From Ramazzottius varieornatus (taxonomy: Eukaryota; Animalia; Tardigrada), in assembly GCA_001949185.1 (NCBI GenBank), contig BDGG01000001.1, positions 7,092,325-7,156,324 of the forward strand: a stretch of 64,000 bases of DNA, written 5' to 3'. Of the stretch, positions 1 through 14,111 are shown piece after piece (within the stretch, counting starts at the first letter, position 1; every line of letters starts with the position of its first letter). Both the position numbers and the translations under genes were made by a program. The notes under the pieces are model-generated. The model saw only the letters and a list, made by a program, of their open reading frames with translations. It was not told the DNA's origin and ran no database searches.

Positions 1-111
1 AACGAACTTAGGTGTTTCGTTCGCTGGCTTTCCAAATGTTGTATGGGTAATTCGTGATGGATATTGGTTTACTTGTTGAATGTGGATGAGTGATGGTGTA
101 TGCGTTTGTAG

Positions 112-3100
112 TGGACGATGAAGAGCAAGTCTTGCTGGAGCTAACGTACCCGGAAATAACCAGCATCAGTTGTGTCAAGCCCGAACCGCAGATCAGCGGT
201 GTCCGGCCACACGCCATACAGTTTAACTTACAAACTATCCGTGGCGACTTCACGTTCCGCTCCAGCAATGCAGAAGACATTCAAGAGCTAATTGCCTTCT
301 TCCTCGATGGACTGAAACGCCGCAGCAAATATTGCGTGGCCATACAAGACTATAAGGTAATCTACGCACGATCCACCTTCCCTTTACGAGCATATCCGAA
401 GCTCGAGCTCGCGGCTTCTGATCGAATTGATTCCATAATTTCATTTGAAATTGGATTGAAACCACGCCCAAGATCCGTTTGAGAAATTTCCGACCTAACA
501 ATGGCGGAAATTAATGACAAACCAGTTTTGAATTTATCTGGACCAAACTAACAGCCTCCAGATTGGTAAACTCAATGTAGGAAAAATGGTATGATGGCAT
601 GAATGCTCAATTGCTCATGCACTTAGCTGCTGATACTAAAGGAAAAACGCGCCAGAAAGCTGTATCGAGTCGATGAGGAAGTGGTGTAACCCAGTTGCAT
701 CACTACGATGTGCTTTTGAAGAGCTTTTGTTTTCCCATAGTGATTGTTCTTCAATGAGAGTGTTCCATGCTTTTTTATGTGGTTTGCAGGCGCCGAGTGA
801 GAGTGCGTCGTACTTGAGTTTCGACAAGGGTGATTTGATTGTGCTGGAGAACAACACCAACGGCGAGACGCTGATGAGCGGTGGTTGGTGTTACGGGCGG
901 TGTGAACGGACGGGCAAAGTCGGGGATTTCGTACCGGACTGCGTCTACCTTCTGCCGACACTGACTAAACCTGGTCCCGACTTGTTGACGCTCTTCACCA
1001 TGGATCGCATTTCCTTGATGGCGATCAGCAACAACATTCACGTTCAAGTATGTTTACCATGAGTCAATTGCCAATATTGGATATTTTACCCGTTTGGAAT
1101 ATTTCCTCATTTTATGGTGGATTAGGACGCGCAAGCCACGAAGTTTCACACGTTGGAACAGTACGCCGCCCAACACTTCCGCCCAGCCACCAAAAGAGGG
1201 ACAGTGATGAAGGGTATGGATACGCTAATATCGGTGAGGAAGAAGGACAAGGAAGAACTGTGGAAGCATACTCGGGAACCCATCAAGTTACCGCTATTGA
1301 GAAAGCTCGAACCGAAAGACGAGCTGAGCCAAGAAGCAGTGGTGGCCTTCCAGTCCATCATGAAGTATATGGGCGACCTACCCAGCAAAAAGCCCAGGTA
1401 GGAATTCCCACAATATACTGATTGAATCAGTTGAAAATTTAAAGCTGTAAATTTGAGTGTGGGGGATCGGCACCTCAAGTGGCGCAGTCTTCCAGGCAGT
1501 CACACTGAGAAAGTGCGCCACTCGAAGAAAACGATCTTGTCCGTTTCTTTTGCCGGCTTCCCAATTATTACAAAAGTATTGGACGATCAGTGCATTTGAT
1601 ATGGAGTGTTGTTTGTGCAGAATTTCCAACGAACTAACGGATCAAATTTTCGAGAAAGCATTAAAAGAGGACCTTCTGAAAGATGAAATCTACTGTCAGA
1701 TTATAAAGCAGCTGACGGACAATCGTAGTCGAGTGGGTGAAGAACGTGGATGGGAACTGTTGTGGCTGGCCACAGGTCTCTTTGCGCCCAGCGAGACTCT
1801 TCTGAAAGAATGCATGCACATTTTGAGGTCGCGACAACGCCATCAGATCGCTTTGGACTGCATCAACCGCTTGCAGAAAACGAAAAAGTCGGGAACCCGG
1901 AAGTATCCACCGCATCAGGTCGAAGTGGAGGCTATCCAACACAAAACCACTCAGATATTCCACAAGGTATCGAACTGAATCCATCTGTTTCTCAAGTCAT
2001 CGGCAGTTCCCACTAAATCTCACGCGTTCTTTACAGGTGTATTTTCCTGACGATACCGATGAAGCCTTCGAAGTGGACTCCAGCACCAAAGCCAAAGATT
2101 TCTGCCACAGCATATCTCACCGCTTGAATCTGAGGTACTACTGTTTTGGTCTTAGCATAACTCGTATTAGAAAAAAGTAGAGCCAGCGCGCCTTAACAAA
2201 GGTTTTGTCAACAGGTCTTCCGAAGGCTTCAGTCTGTTTGTCAAGATTGCCGATAAAGTAATCAGTGTGCCTGAAACGGACTTCTTTTTCGACTTCGTCC
2301 GGCATCTCGTAAGTCAAAACCGCAAAGTCAGAAACGAACACTCGATTCATCGAACGACAGATTGATTCCTAACTGAATAATTTCCCTGTGTAGACTGACT
2401 GGATAAAGAAGGCCAAGCCGTCTCGGGATGGCGTCATCCCCCAGTTCACTTACCAAGTCTTCTTCATGAAGAAGCTGTGGACCAACACGGTGCCCGGAAG
2501 AGACCGCCAAGCTGACCTCATCTTCCACTACCACCAAGAGCTACCAAAGTACCTCCGCGGCTTTCACGACTGCAAGAAGGAAGACGCCGTCCGGCTAGCC
2601 GCTCTGATCTTCCGCGCAAAGTATGGTGAGAATAAGAGCGACCTCCAGGCCATACCCAACATGCTCAAAGGTACGTCCACCTCTCTCCTGTCGAGTGCCA
2701 ATCTAACTTTAGCATTGCAGAGTTACTTCCGCTGGACCTCATCCGAGCGCAGAGCGCGTCGGACTGGAAACGGTCCATCAGTGCGTCTTTCACCGGCGAC
2801 TCTGGTTTGACTGAGGATGAAGCCAAAGTCGCCTTTCTCAAGTACATCTACAAGTGGCCGACCTTTGGTTCGGCCTTCTTCGAGATACGGGTAAGAAATG
2901 AGAGCTCGACAAACAAAAGCGACCAGTTGACCTTTCTCAAGTGGCGCACTTTTCCCGTAACATTGGCTGGAAGCATGCGCCACTTGGGAAGAATGATCTG
3001 GTCGAGTTGGTTTGCTGAGCTTCCAAGTACTGCCATAACACCCATCACGTACAGTGAGGTAACTTCCTGGTTTGATGGTTGCAGCAAACGACCGACTCAA

Positions 3101-3564
3101 ATTACCCGGAAAGACTGCTGCTGGCTATCAACAAGAATGGTGTCAACCTGATCGATCTGGCCACAAAGGTAAGGAAGGAGTGAAGTTGGTGTTGACTTTA
3201 CTGGTCAGTGCATCGCAAACAGGAAGCATTGGTACATCACGCTTTGGCTCTTGTTCGTAGAAAATCCTGGATGTCCATCCTTTCACCAGGATATCCAATT
3301 GGAGCAGCGGCAACACCTTCTTCCATATGACCATCGGCAATCTAGTTCGCGGCACGAAGCTCTTGTGCGAAACTACCCTGGTCAGTATTTCTCGTCCTCA
3401 GATAATTATTGGAAAAACACTTGTAGAAAATTATCCCAGTCAATCTGAGTGCTGTCATATTTCAGGGTTACAAAATTGATGACTTGCTGACCAGTTATAT
3501 CGGCCTGATGCTTCAGCAGATGAATAAGCAACGAGTGGTTGCACGTCCTCGTATCGACGAGTAA
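112..3564 (+). CDS. MYO7A: Unconventional myosin VIIa, C-terminal tail exons (end of FERM1, SH3, MyTH4, FERM2); 5' part lies outside the window
   Basis: Spliced exons give [18 protein letters not shown]3 ([20 protein letters not shown]), MyTH4 ([31 protein letters not shown]), and FERM ([69 protein letters not shown]). Stop TAA is at 3562-3564; introns are GT-AG. Confidence 0.95.
1476..1561. repeat. Family A hairpin, 1 unit (myosin intron)
   Basis: TGGCGCA at 1480, N27, TGCGCCA. Confidence 0.9.
2903..3024. repeat. Family A hairpin, 1 full-length unit (myosin intron)
   Basis: AGCTCGACAAACAAA..CAAGTGGCGCA(2942)-N27-TGCGCCACTTG..GTTTGCTGAGCT. Confidence 0.93.
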
Positions 3565-4004
3565 ATCCTTTTCCAGTTCCTTCTATTTCCCTTTCCGTGT
3601 TGAAAAATTGTGACCAATGCCACGCGGTATCTTCCGGTGATTTTTATTGTCTGTTTTTGTGACGATTTGTCTCTGGGTTTAATATTGCTTTTCTTTTTTA
3701 TTTATTTGTTTTCATGGGATTATAACGGTATTTTTTGAATGAACGCATAACAAACAAAAAAACAGCGCCGGGATTACAGGAAAAAACAAAAAGGGGAACC
3801 AACAAAATTATCCAGCTGCAAAAGTGAGTATTGGTTTCGGTACGCGAATGAGAATTGAGGATTGGGTGAAAGAAAACTTCTTTGATCCGTCTGTAATTTT
3901 AAAACGAGTGCACGGTGCTTACGGCTAATACGTTAAGAGGGGCAAGCTGGAATGCGAGTAGGTTAAAATAAAAAATGAAAACCCAAAAAACTCTTCTTTC
4001 TCCT

Positions 4005-7000
4005 TTATTCGTCATCTTCTTCATCACCATCAGCGCCATCTTCGTTCACCACCGCCGTCTTCTTGCATCGCCCCTTGCGTTCCCTCTTGTGGAACTTGCG
4101 CAGTCGTCTGGCCCATTCGTCCTTCCAGTCAATGACGGTGCTGTGGTTGTCGATGACCATCGAGGTCTTGTGATCGGGGAGGGTTCGTCCGACCTCGGTG
4201 GAGGTGTCGGGATAGCGACCCATAATGAGGTACTGCTGGCCTAGGCGAACCTTCGGACACTTGCAGCCGTAGTCCGACTGGTGGAGGTAGATGTACTGGT
4301 CTCCCTTGACGATCTTGCCCATTCCGCGCTTGTAGATGCTGATGACGTTGACGGTGAAACGAACCCAATCGCCTTGAGTATCTCTCGATAAAAGCTGAGC
4401 TTGAACCACTGAACACACAAAAAGCTAGTTGGTATCAATAGGGAATACCGTTGCAAAATGTTCACGTGAGAAATCGGCTCAATCTCAAGTGGCGCACGTT
4501 TTCTATGGCGATGGCTGAGAGCGTGCGCCAGTGGGGACAACAGCTCGGGCGAATTCATTGCCGATGTACCAGATTTCACTTTGGCTTACCGAAATCGCGT
4601 TTGCAGTACTTTTTCTGGTTGACCCGTCTTGACATGACTTCACAAGGTCCACACTTTTCTGTAAAGATAGAAAGATGGACTTGTTAGACGTGATTTACAC
4701 CATTTACTACAGTGATCAAAACAGGAATATGGAGTGGGTCAAGCAGGTAGTCTGTTTGCCCACGTGCATATGAGCCTTTGATCGACTATTAGATCCGGTG
4801 AAAATAATTCATATTTTTGTGTACTGAACAATACATGGAAATCAGCGTTATCACAAGTGGGAAAAGTTGGATTGGTCCTGTGTGAGAAGCTTATGTGGGA
4901 ATTAGTACGGAACTGACCATCTTGCGGGGCACCACCATCCGTTGATTGAATGCCATTCATGTCCAGCATTGATGTCCGGGGAATTTCTGTGGCCACATCA
5001 AGCACAAAGATTAAACATGGTAGTGGAACGATGCTGGAACGTGATGGAGAAAGCTTTCGGGGCTTACTGATGCATGGCGCAATGGGTGAGCGACTTTGTT
5101 GATATCCTTTGGCGCATTGATTGCATGTCAACCCAATGACACCTTCCTTGCAGGCACACTGACCACTGGTCTGGTTACAGGTCTTGCCTAGAGCTCCGAT
5201 GGGATGGCAATCGCATTCTGGAAGAAGAAAAACTGTGTGATGGGAAGAGATGGGTCCTAGGCATAAAAACTTGAAAAGATCCTTTTGTCAAGTGACGCAT
5301 GCTTACAGCCGATAACACTGACAAAGTGCGCCACTTGAGAAACGAAACTCGACACCATCGTTCTTTCTTCCGAGTGGCGTGAGCTTTCAGCCTATAACAC
5401 TGAAATCGTGCGCCACTAGGCGAAAAAGTCTTGTGTGGTTCGTTTGCCGGGCTGCCGGTTGAATGGAGAAGTAGATACTACTGTAGTTGTAAATTTGAAG
5501 GAAGGAAGTAGTTCGTACCCGTGCACACTTTACGATGAGTAATGGGCTTGCTGGCGTCCCTGTAAAAGCCCTCTTTGCAGTAATGGCAGTAGCGTCCCGC
5601 CGTGTTGTGCCGGCAGTTCATGCAGACTCCGCCGCTCTTCCGTCCCGATAACTTGTACAGCTCCATGCTGAACTGACAGCGCCGACTGTGCATGTTGCAG
5701 TTACAAGCTGCAAAAATTGTAGAAAAAGGTGACGTTAGGTACGTTTGGTGACGTTAGGTAATGTTCTACGTTTGGATGTAAACGAACCTCGATGAACGCA
5801 AAATTAGGAGAAAACAAGATTCCAATAAGAGTCGTGAAAAACAGCTTTGTGTAACTCTTGCGCAAAACTGACCATTGAGTCTAGGTTCGTGAGATGATTT
5901 CGTGTGGACAGGAACGGTATTCCGGAAAGATTTACGGTGTAGAAAAACGATGTGAAGTTTATTGCAAAACACTAAATCTGTCATTGAATAGATATTTTAT
6001 AGTGTCATATGGAGTGTTTTTTAGTTAATGGCGGAAACTGACAGGTCGTTGTCGTACGTTTCACTTCTCGACTTTCAATATAAATGTCGTCGATCCCAAA
6101 AGGGGGATTTAGCTGAAGCGGCGTATGGGTTCGCGACGCAGTGGGGGCCGAGGATATACAGTGCGTAGACGCTTTTAGGGAGTAATGGCTAATGAGAGAC
6201 ATGGTCACGCTCTGCATGTGTCAATGACTGATGGATGCCCAAGACAGTTTCAAGTTGAGTTCCTAACGATTTATGCAGAATAGGAGGCTTTGGGCGCGAG
6301 GCTTATTAGGCTTGATGGTGGCGCACCACTTTGTAAAGTGTCCAAATGAAATGGTAGCGGAGATGGAAAGACCGACGCAAATGGCTCGTTTTTGCCACTT
6401 TTTCATTAGAGACAAACGACCAAATACCCTCGTAATAAACATTATTTAAACTCCACTCCGTAATGACAACTTTCAAGGCTTACTCTGTTTCCCAAACATA
6501 ACCCGTTTGACGTTGTTCAGGTTAAAATCTAGACCCGATAAATGCGCTGCAGCTTTCTGGTTTGATTGAAAGCATGGTAGAAAAATGGCCCTGCCAAACT
6601 TGCCAAAACTTCATTCTTTCCACTCATCGTTTTCTCCGAAAATGCAGTATCTTTATACCTGAACGACAAGTTTAAGACTTCGAGAAAAGGGTCACTATTT
6701 TACATCGGCAGGGTGTTTCACGTTTTGGAATATTCAAAGTCTTGGAGTATTTTTTGAAAATTATTAATATTAACCAGCGGAAGGAGCCATGTATCGAAAA
6801 GCAATATGAGCAGCTGCTGGGAAATTAACAGGATGATGAATCAATTTAGGTGAAATGTATGATGGCGGTTAGCTGAAGTGGATCCTTGGCTTTTGTATAC
6901 ACACTTGAAAGGAGGCTGGACAATATGGGCGTTTGGGGCTCTACGCCTATTTTCGAATACCACGTGCACAGTCCAAGCGTCCAAACCAAGCACTGTAACC

Positions 7001-10000
7001 ACATTTACCGTAGACGGGCTTGCGAGAAGCATAGGCAAAATTAGAGGAAGCTCGAATGGTGGTATGCGTCGTTGCCGCCCATTATGCTTCCCCCAAAGTG
7101 CCACACATAAATTAAACAGGGGGCCATTGTTCCCCACTCCGCAGTTAGCCTACATTGGTCCTGTCCTTCAGACTCACAAGCGTTTTTGCCCTATTCAATC
7201 AGGACAATACAGACTATTTGTTGGAACTCCAGGGAAGCAACACCTGGCCTGTTATTCTCTCTCTTTCATATCCTTCGAGTACCGTGGATGGGCCAGACAA
7301 GACACCCACCGCACACTTCTTCCCTCCTCGAGAGACCTACTTGAAGTATTAAAGGCGCTCAAGGTAACCTCCCTGGAAGACGTGATAAGCCAAATCCGGC
7401 TTTGAAAAAGATCTCGTGGTCCAGATAATTCCTTATCGAAGACCTGAAGTCCTTACGCTAAAATGTTCAGCCCAAAACAAATCACTGTTCTCCAGCCACA
7501 GGACTTTGGTCGGGGTATTTGATGGTCACCTGCCGCCGCGCGTAAAGCTCGAACGCTAAAAGTTATCAAAGCCCTTCTTTCAGTACATTCCGCTCACAAA
7601 ATTCTCAGAAGACCCACCATAATATTACCATTATTCCCGCGTGGCTTTTACGCTGAACGGCGGCATTTTTTCTAATAGCTAGCACACAGCAACAACATAA
7701 GCAGCCATGTGTGAATGTGTGCAAAGATGCAATGGCCAAATTGATCCATAAAAACCGGCAATGGGTAAACGAGGGAAATCAAATGAGCGGAATGTAATTG
7801 AAAGAATGTTTGAGTGCGTTAATTAGCGGCGATATTTCGGCCATTGACTAGCCGTGAATAAACACATTCGCTGTATCGACCATCAGTGCCGGTCTACGGC
7901 ATGCAAGAACAGTTAACGTTTGGGGCAGACTTGTCTTTATCGCCGTTAACAACACCTTTCTTTGCGATCATCGCACCGGGTGGCCCTTCTCCCTCTGCTC
8001 CAACCTTCCTTCCGCTAATTGCCTACCAGACGACAAACCGCGCACAAACAGCATGTGTGTTCTGCCCTTTTGTTTCACATGGACAGCATCGTTCACTTCC
8101 TCGTCCACGACGATGACCTTTCCCCACATGAATCAGGCTATATCTGGGAGCTATGCAAACAACTCAACCAGATCGTTTTCTGAAGTGGCGCACCCTTCTA
8201 GCCAATAATGCCAGAAAGCTGCGCGACTTGGAAACTCGACATAATCGCTTTTCCCAAGTGGCGCACGGTTTCGGCCGACGACACTGGAACCATGCGTCAC
8301 TTCGGAAGAGCTTGGCTTTCGTATCTTTTGCCACAACTTTGGAATTTTGTTAGGTGGTGGCTCAATTTTCAGATGGAATTTTTTGGTTGATAGATACATT
8401 TAGAACAGTGATGAAGTGTGTCTGCATGTATAATGTAATGTTAATAAGTGGAGGAGAGTGGATAATCCAGTGAGAAATGGGATTGTGTTGAGTATGTCGA
8501 GAATCGAATCAAGCCGTTAGCGTTTCGTCTGGATGAAGTTCAGGGGTCAAAATGCTTGCAGTGCCGAATACCTGTAAGCCTCAAGTCTTAATCTGTTTGT
8601 CTTGTCCTCGGCTTAAAAAGGGCCGTGTCGGCTTAAAAGTGCCAGTGACTTTCAAGTACCGCGTCAAATTGGACATTGTAAACTACCACATATCTTTGCC
8701 ATTCTCCAGTGAGCACTCAAGTCATGGCCACTTGATATTGAACGGCGTATTTCACCCCTAGCCTGCCTCAAGACTTTCTCGCGTTTGTCACGTTTCTCCA
8801 TAAATAAATGTGTCGTTACAATGGTTAAGGCTTTGACCACATTACTCCGCAAAGCCATCTATCCGAAGGAGCCTGTCTTGATATCCAAACTTCGTACTCT
8901 ACACATAGCGGGACAAACATAACAGAGAACTAAACCGATCCATCTTTCCGACATCGGTTTCCACCCTTCGGCCAAACCGTTAACTATGAAAACAGTGGCC
9001 AGAGCCGCCCGAATTTCTTTATAACGTCTTCGCGGCACAGTTTGGTCCTCCAAACATAAGGCTAAGTTTTAGAAGAGTGGCAATCGAAGTTGAATGTGTG
9101 CGACGGAAACAATCCAAATAGAGCGGTTACTGTAGGAAAAGGTAGAACAGTTCCCGCATTATTTTCCATGCCGACGTCTGTCCGAATCAAGCAGTCGAAG
9201 AATCTCGTATTCGTCAAAAAGCTCGAAGTCTGTGCCGCGAGGCAGAATTCGTTTTTACCGGTACCAAAATTGGAAGCTGGTGTTCGCGGTGGCAGTACCG
9301 GTTGTTCCTGAGAGTCAACACACGAAAGGCTGGGTCTAAGCTGTATGCTTCAACAGGAAAGACAGCACAATGCAAAGAGTATCTAGGCACACATTGGGAA
9401 CACTGAGCGGTTACAGTCATCCATCAATTCTGCCTGATTGCCATGTTTTGTTATGCTCTCGCGAGTAGCGGCTTGAAGTATTTTCCATAAATATCCGTGT
9501 CTTTCTGGCCATTTTCTCCTTCGATTACATTGCACACTCAACATGTCGGCCTTCTGTTGAACATTCTACCGTATTCCTACAGATTCATTTCTGCCGTCTG
9601 TCAGCATTGCAGATGCATAAATCTTTCCTGCAAACCTTTTCGTCCTTTGCACAACAACCTTTTGATGGCAGATGCCGGCCTCCATAAACGGTAAACGCCC
9701 TTCTGTGTGAAGAAAGTAACCTTCGCCTGCATTGTTCGCAAGCTTTACCATGCTTCTTTTCCCTTTCAATCAAAAGCTGTAAATCTGCCACATATCCGAA
9801 GAAATGTAGCACGTCTCAATCTGACAAATTACCCAGCTCAGCCACTTGAGCACGCAAGTGACTTCAAAGAACCAGACAAGTGACATCTTTATATTCATGA
9901 AGATCGACACCGAAAAAGAGTAAAACGAGACATGGATGCGCATATGTGCCTTCTGGATTCTTCAGTCTTGCAGGTTACGCTTGACAGCTTGACGCGTTCA

Positions 10001-12535
10001 ACTGCAAAAACATCTTTGCCCATTATTAAACCAATCAGTCGTTCAAGCCTGTATACAACGCCCGTCTGGAAATCATGAATTAAAGTCTGCTCAGACGAAG
10101 CCGCGCACCTTTAGCGAATCTCTAGGATATTTCAGTGGGGTCCCCGCCAGCCAAGCGCGAGTCGATCGGGACCTGATGACCTATAATGACTTGCGCCAGC
10201 TGATCTGAGCCACTTCAGCTCAACGTGCGCAAGTTGACCCGGGTGTGAATGAGGTCTTTGGACTTGCGCAGGTGGCCGCAGCTACAAGGCTCTAGAATAT
10301 CTCTTTAATGGTGCTCGAGTGGAAAGAGTTTCAAGCTTACGCAAAGGGCTGAGGTAAAACCATGTGATGGTGCGTGAGTTGATCGGGGTGGTTGGATGAC
10401 AAATTTACTTTGCGCTCTCGCAACGAATGAAAAATGCGAACCTTTCAGGTAACTGTTTTGACGGGTTTGTGAGCGCCTAATTATGGGCTGGACTTACCGA
10501 CACATTCATGGGCGTCTTTGGTGGTAGCGCGACCCCAGGGATGATCGTAATGGAAGGGTTTGCATTTCTCGCAATCAGTGCCTGCCGTGTTGTGTTTACA
10601 ATCACAGGCCAATTTGCCTGTCCGATCATACATGCATTTGGAAGCGTGGCCATTGCATTTGCAACGTCCGCCCACCGCAAAGTCAGACAAAGCGTAATAA
10701 TAGCTTTCCTTCAATTTGGCGTTGAGATGTTGTGGAGTGGACACTAGGCCGGAGTAGCTCATAATCCCGGCTTCGTTCGTCGTTTCATTGGCTCCTAGAG
10801 TGTTGAAGTCGTCGCCGGCTTGTTGTTGTTGTGCTGCCGTCACTGTGGGGGAAGAAGAGGGAGCATCACTGACCAGGGGATACTTTTCCTCACTCTCCAA
10901 CGTCTTGACGCGATTCAGTACAATTTTAATATCCGTCGCTGTCACCCAATCTTGCAACACTGGCGAATTGTCAATATCAAACGCTGATGGACGCCCTGCA
11001 AAACAATGAATAATCTGAATTTATCCGCAGCCGATATATGGAACTGTTCCTTCGATCCTTCCCGAAACAAGCGGAGCGAATCCCAAATAATTCATGCTGG
11101 ATATTCGCACGAAAACGAGGCAGACGTGGAATCGCAAATACGCCTATGAATTAAAATTGCGAACGGGAGAAAACGTAGAAAGTCACCACTACAGACGAGA
11201 GCTCTTATGGAAAATCTCGTAGAAATCGTGCAAATATACAATGCAAACTCTAAAAAGGGTCTGATTCTGCATATACGTTATTAATACATCAGCTTCGTAA
11301 AACTTTGCATATATTTTTTCGCGTCTGCACGTCGTTCGGGAACTTTCGTTCCAGATGTTGATTCGTTATGTGTTCGACAAAGATGTTGTGCAGGCCTAAC
11401 CCCAGGGTAAGATTCTAGAGTATGATTTCAAGGTAGTTTATGTTTACCTTCGAGTGTACTGAAAGCGATGCGTCCACTTGAGGCGGACATTCTGGGTGAG
11501 AAGTCGACATTGTTGTTGGTAAGATGAGCGTCGGTGCAGAGTGCTTCCTGCTCGTTGGCTTTGGTAATTTGAAGACGGTGGGGTCGTCCGTAGACGGCTT
11601 TGCAGTTGGAGGAGTAATACTGGAAGGGTGTCCAGGTGCGGCCATTGTCTGATGACTTGTAAATGGCCATGGAATCTGGCCGTGGTGTCGAGCAGAACTG
11701 CAGGCTGATGTATGTTAGCTCATATCGCTTGCCCAGCGACAAGGTCAAGGTAACGTTGTGCTCGCTGTCGGAAAAGGGCTCCGACTGCCAACAGGTCAGG
11801 TTGTGCGGGTTGTTCAGATCGGTCAGATAGTGAGGAGGATGTGACCTTTTGGGGTTCTGCCCATCGCAGACGAAACAGTTGCGGACTATTTGGCCTAAAC
11901 TGTTGTAGGAAGTCTGGCAGTAACGACTAGGTGGCTGACCACAAGTCGATGACGCAGAAACCTCTTTAGCGAACGCCGCGTTAACAAAATCCGTGATGCA
12001 ACGACGAGCCTTACCTGCGAACACACAGACCAGAACTTGACAAATCATTGAAACCGGAACCAGAGTGCAAAACTCCTCAACGTCCTCAAGTCCACCGTGT
12101 TGAAATCATGATCTTCAAGAAAATACTTTGGAAAAAACCAAAGATGTTTCATGGTAAGCGTTTACGATGCAAAAATTTAAGACAGAATCTTTGAAGAACG
12201 AAAATTGGAAATGATCACGGAACTGTAGGTTGAACGAGATGGGTTTTTTCCGGAAAATTTGCTTCCCACTTTTGATTTTAATTGGTATTCTTGCCTAAAG
12301 AGTCGTAGCATGGGTCGCTGGGCGTTTTCCCCTGGTTGTCGCCATTGCTGAGGAGTTTGTTGAGAAATGTGCTGGTGGAAGAAGAGGAAGATAGGTCGTT
12401 GACTAGGTGGCCACTTGATACTAAGGAGCCTTCGACGACCAAATACCACTGTAAGATGATCCACAGAGAGGCCAAGCCTGGCCGGAAATTGCTTCCGGAT
12501 ACCATGCTGCCACGTTTGTTAGACCATTGCATCAT
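4005..12535 (-). CDS. unc-6: Netrin (UNC-6/netrin-1 family), multi-exon
   Basis: Signal-like N-terminus; laminin N domain ([48 protein letters not shown]); three laminin-EGF repeats ([49 protein letters not shown]); NTR domain ([28 protein letters not shown]). The choice of start ATG is uncertain. Confidence 0.95.
4472..4564. repeat. Family A hairpin, 1 unit (netrin intron)
   Basis: Core at 4490, N27. Confidence 0.88.
5260..5453. repeat. Family A, 2-unit array (netrin intron)
   Basis: Cores at 5293 and 5375, both N27, period 82. Confidence 0.9.
8145..8340. repeat. Family A, 2-unit array (large netrin intron)
   Basis: Cores at 8186 and 8259, both N27, period 73. Confidence 0.9.
10150..10420. 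repeat. Degenerate ~73-bp tandem repeat with inverted GCGCAAGT/ACTTGCGC motifs (netrin intron)
   Basis: ACTTGCGC-like motifs at 10189, 10262, 10335 and 10408; GCGCRAGT-like motifs at 10155, 10227 and 10372. Confidence 0.6.
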
Positions 12536-12774
12536 CCCTTTCTCTCACAGTAAATCCCCATTGCCCGCGCTAGATAAACAATAGAGCGAGCCTTCCGACC
12601 ACCAAGGCATTAGCCCAGATTGCTTTCCACAAGTCGTACAAGTCTACAAAGTAAAAGATCCTTCCCTTATTAAATTAGCGAGAAGAATGAACAGCTTGAA
12701 GTTAATCAAAGAGGCAAAGAGCACAAAAACTTTTGGCGTTCGATCGCCCAAAGTGTGAAAACCATCAAACGAAC

Positions 12775-12890
12775 ATCGGAAAATGAACTGAAAATAATTA
12801 TCATCCCAAGTGGCGCACAGTTATGTTGTTAGCGGCTGAGAGCGTGCGCCATTCGGAAAAACCATCTGAGTGAATCCGTTGGCCGAAGTC
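12775..12890. repeat. Family A, 1 unit (upstream of the netrin ATG)
   Basis: Core at 12811, N27. Confidence 0.88.
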
Positions 12891-14111
12891 CTGAACATCA
12901 CAGTGTCATAGAAAACCTTAAGAAGACTTAGGTTCAAAGTTCTTAACGAACAATCATAACAGAACGCAAAAATTTCAGCGCCACATATTTTTCGAAATAT
13001 TTCAAGTTTCAAGCTTACGAAACAAAGTCAAGGAAATCTACTTCTTTGAACGAGGAAGTAGAAATTTCCCAAACCTTACAGGATATCGGATTCTTGGCCC
13101 GTAGGAATTTAACCCGCTTTGTGTGAATAATTAGTCCGCAAAACGATATCAGAAACTAAACAAACACGGAACACGCCGCGGCTTTTGGTCAAAATGGTCG
13201 GATAATCAGTAAGCTTTGACACATAAATTGACAGAAGATGAACGGGCGCGATAAAGTGCTATGCTACACTAGGCCGCAAATGAAAATGATCCCGACAAGG
13301 AAGCGATCATCGAAAGAGGGGGATATCAGATGAGATAAGATAAAGTGCATTAAACACCGTTAAATCGTCTCAACCTTAAAACGCGGTCCCGAAACTCTTC
13401 AATCGGCCAATCTGTAAACTGCTCCACCAGATCCGATACGATACGATACGAAACACATACACCATATCTCCATCGACACCATCCAAAGTATGGAGTCGTT
13501 GACGTATCGGAAGCCACTGCTAAACTTTCCTGCTTTGTGGTGTTACTGTACTTTGTACGAGACAAAGACAAAGAGGCCCCTTTTCCCCCAACTGGTTATG
13601 GGAGCCGAGTACAGGCGGAGGTTTACTGAAGTGCACTGAACGCTGAACGGGACACTCAACCCAAAGAATAGACACAATCAAGCGTACGTTCTCTGCCCTC
13701 CACTTGCTTGCCTCCGTCCCTTGTGGTTGTGCGCAGTGACCATGCATGGACCACTGGACGGCAGGCAGCCACCACCGCGACAGCTGGCCGTAATGGGCAA
13801 AGGCTACACGCTAATACGATGCCACGGATAATGATGTGCCCTACTAGGGCGCAACGACGTCACCAGCCTCCACAACCCATAAAAAAATCAAATACTGTAC
13901 AACCGTGTCTCTGATTTCAAGAACTATTTAGCATGCCCCTGTTGGTCTTGCTCCCTTCACCGGTATCGTAACGAAGTTACGGAGTGTTGCCACATTACCT
14001 ATCAGTTCTTAAATATATAAAATGGCTAGACACATGGAATAATTACTAAAAGTCGATTGATATTGAAGTGATTTCAAAACCATGCAGCCTTTTTTTCCAG
14101 GAAGTTCCGTT

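Noticed and set aside
2891-3084. Family A as introner elements that create introns
   Set aside because: The elements lie inside introns with unrelated flanks and do not provide the splice sites.
5728-5765. 19-bp tandem duplication GGTGACGTTAGGTA near a netrin splice acceptor
   Set aside because: A simple local slippage duplication with no further structure.
6841-7405. ORFs inside the large netrin intron as a nested gene or transposase
   Set aside because: No recognisable domain, splice structure or terminal repeats.
8151-8399. Short ORFs with recurring KWRT / CATWEN / VRHL / QVAH peptides across the ORF track
   Set aside because: These are translations of the Family A core in six frames, not a protein family.
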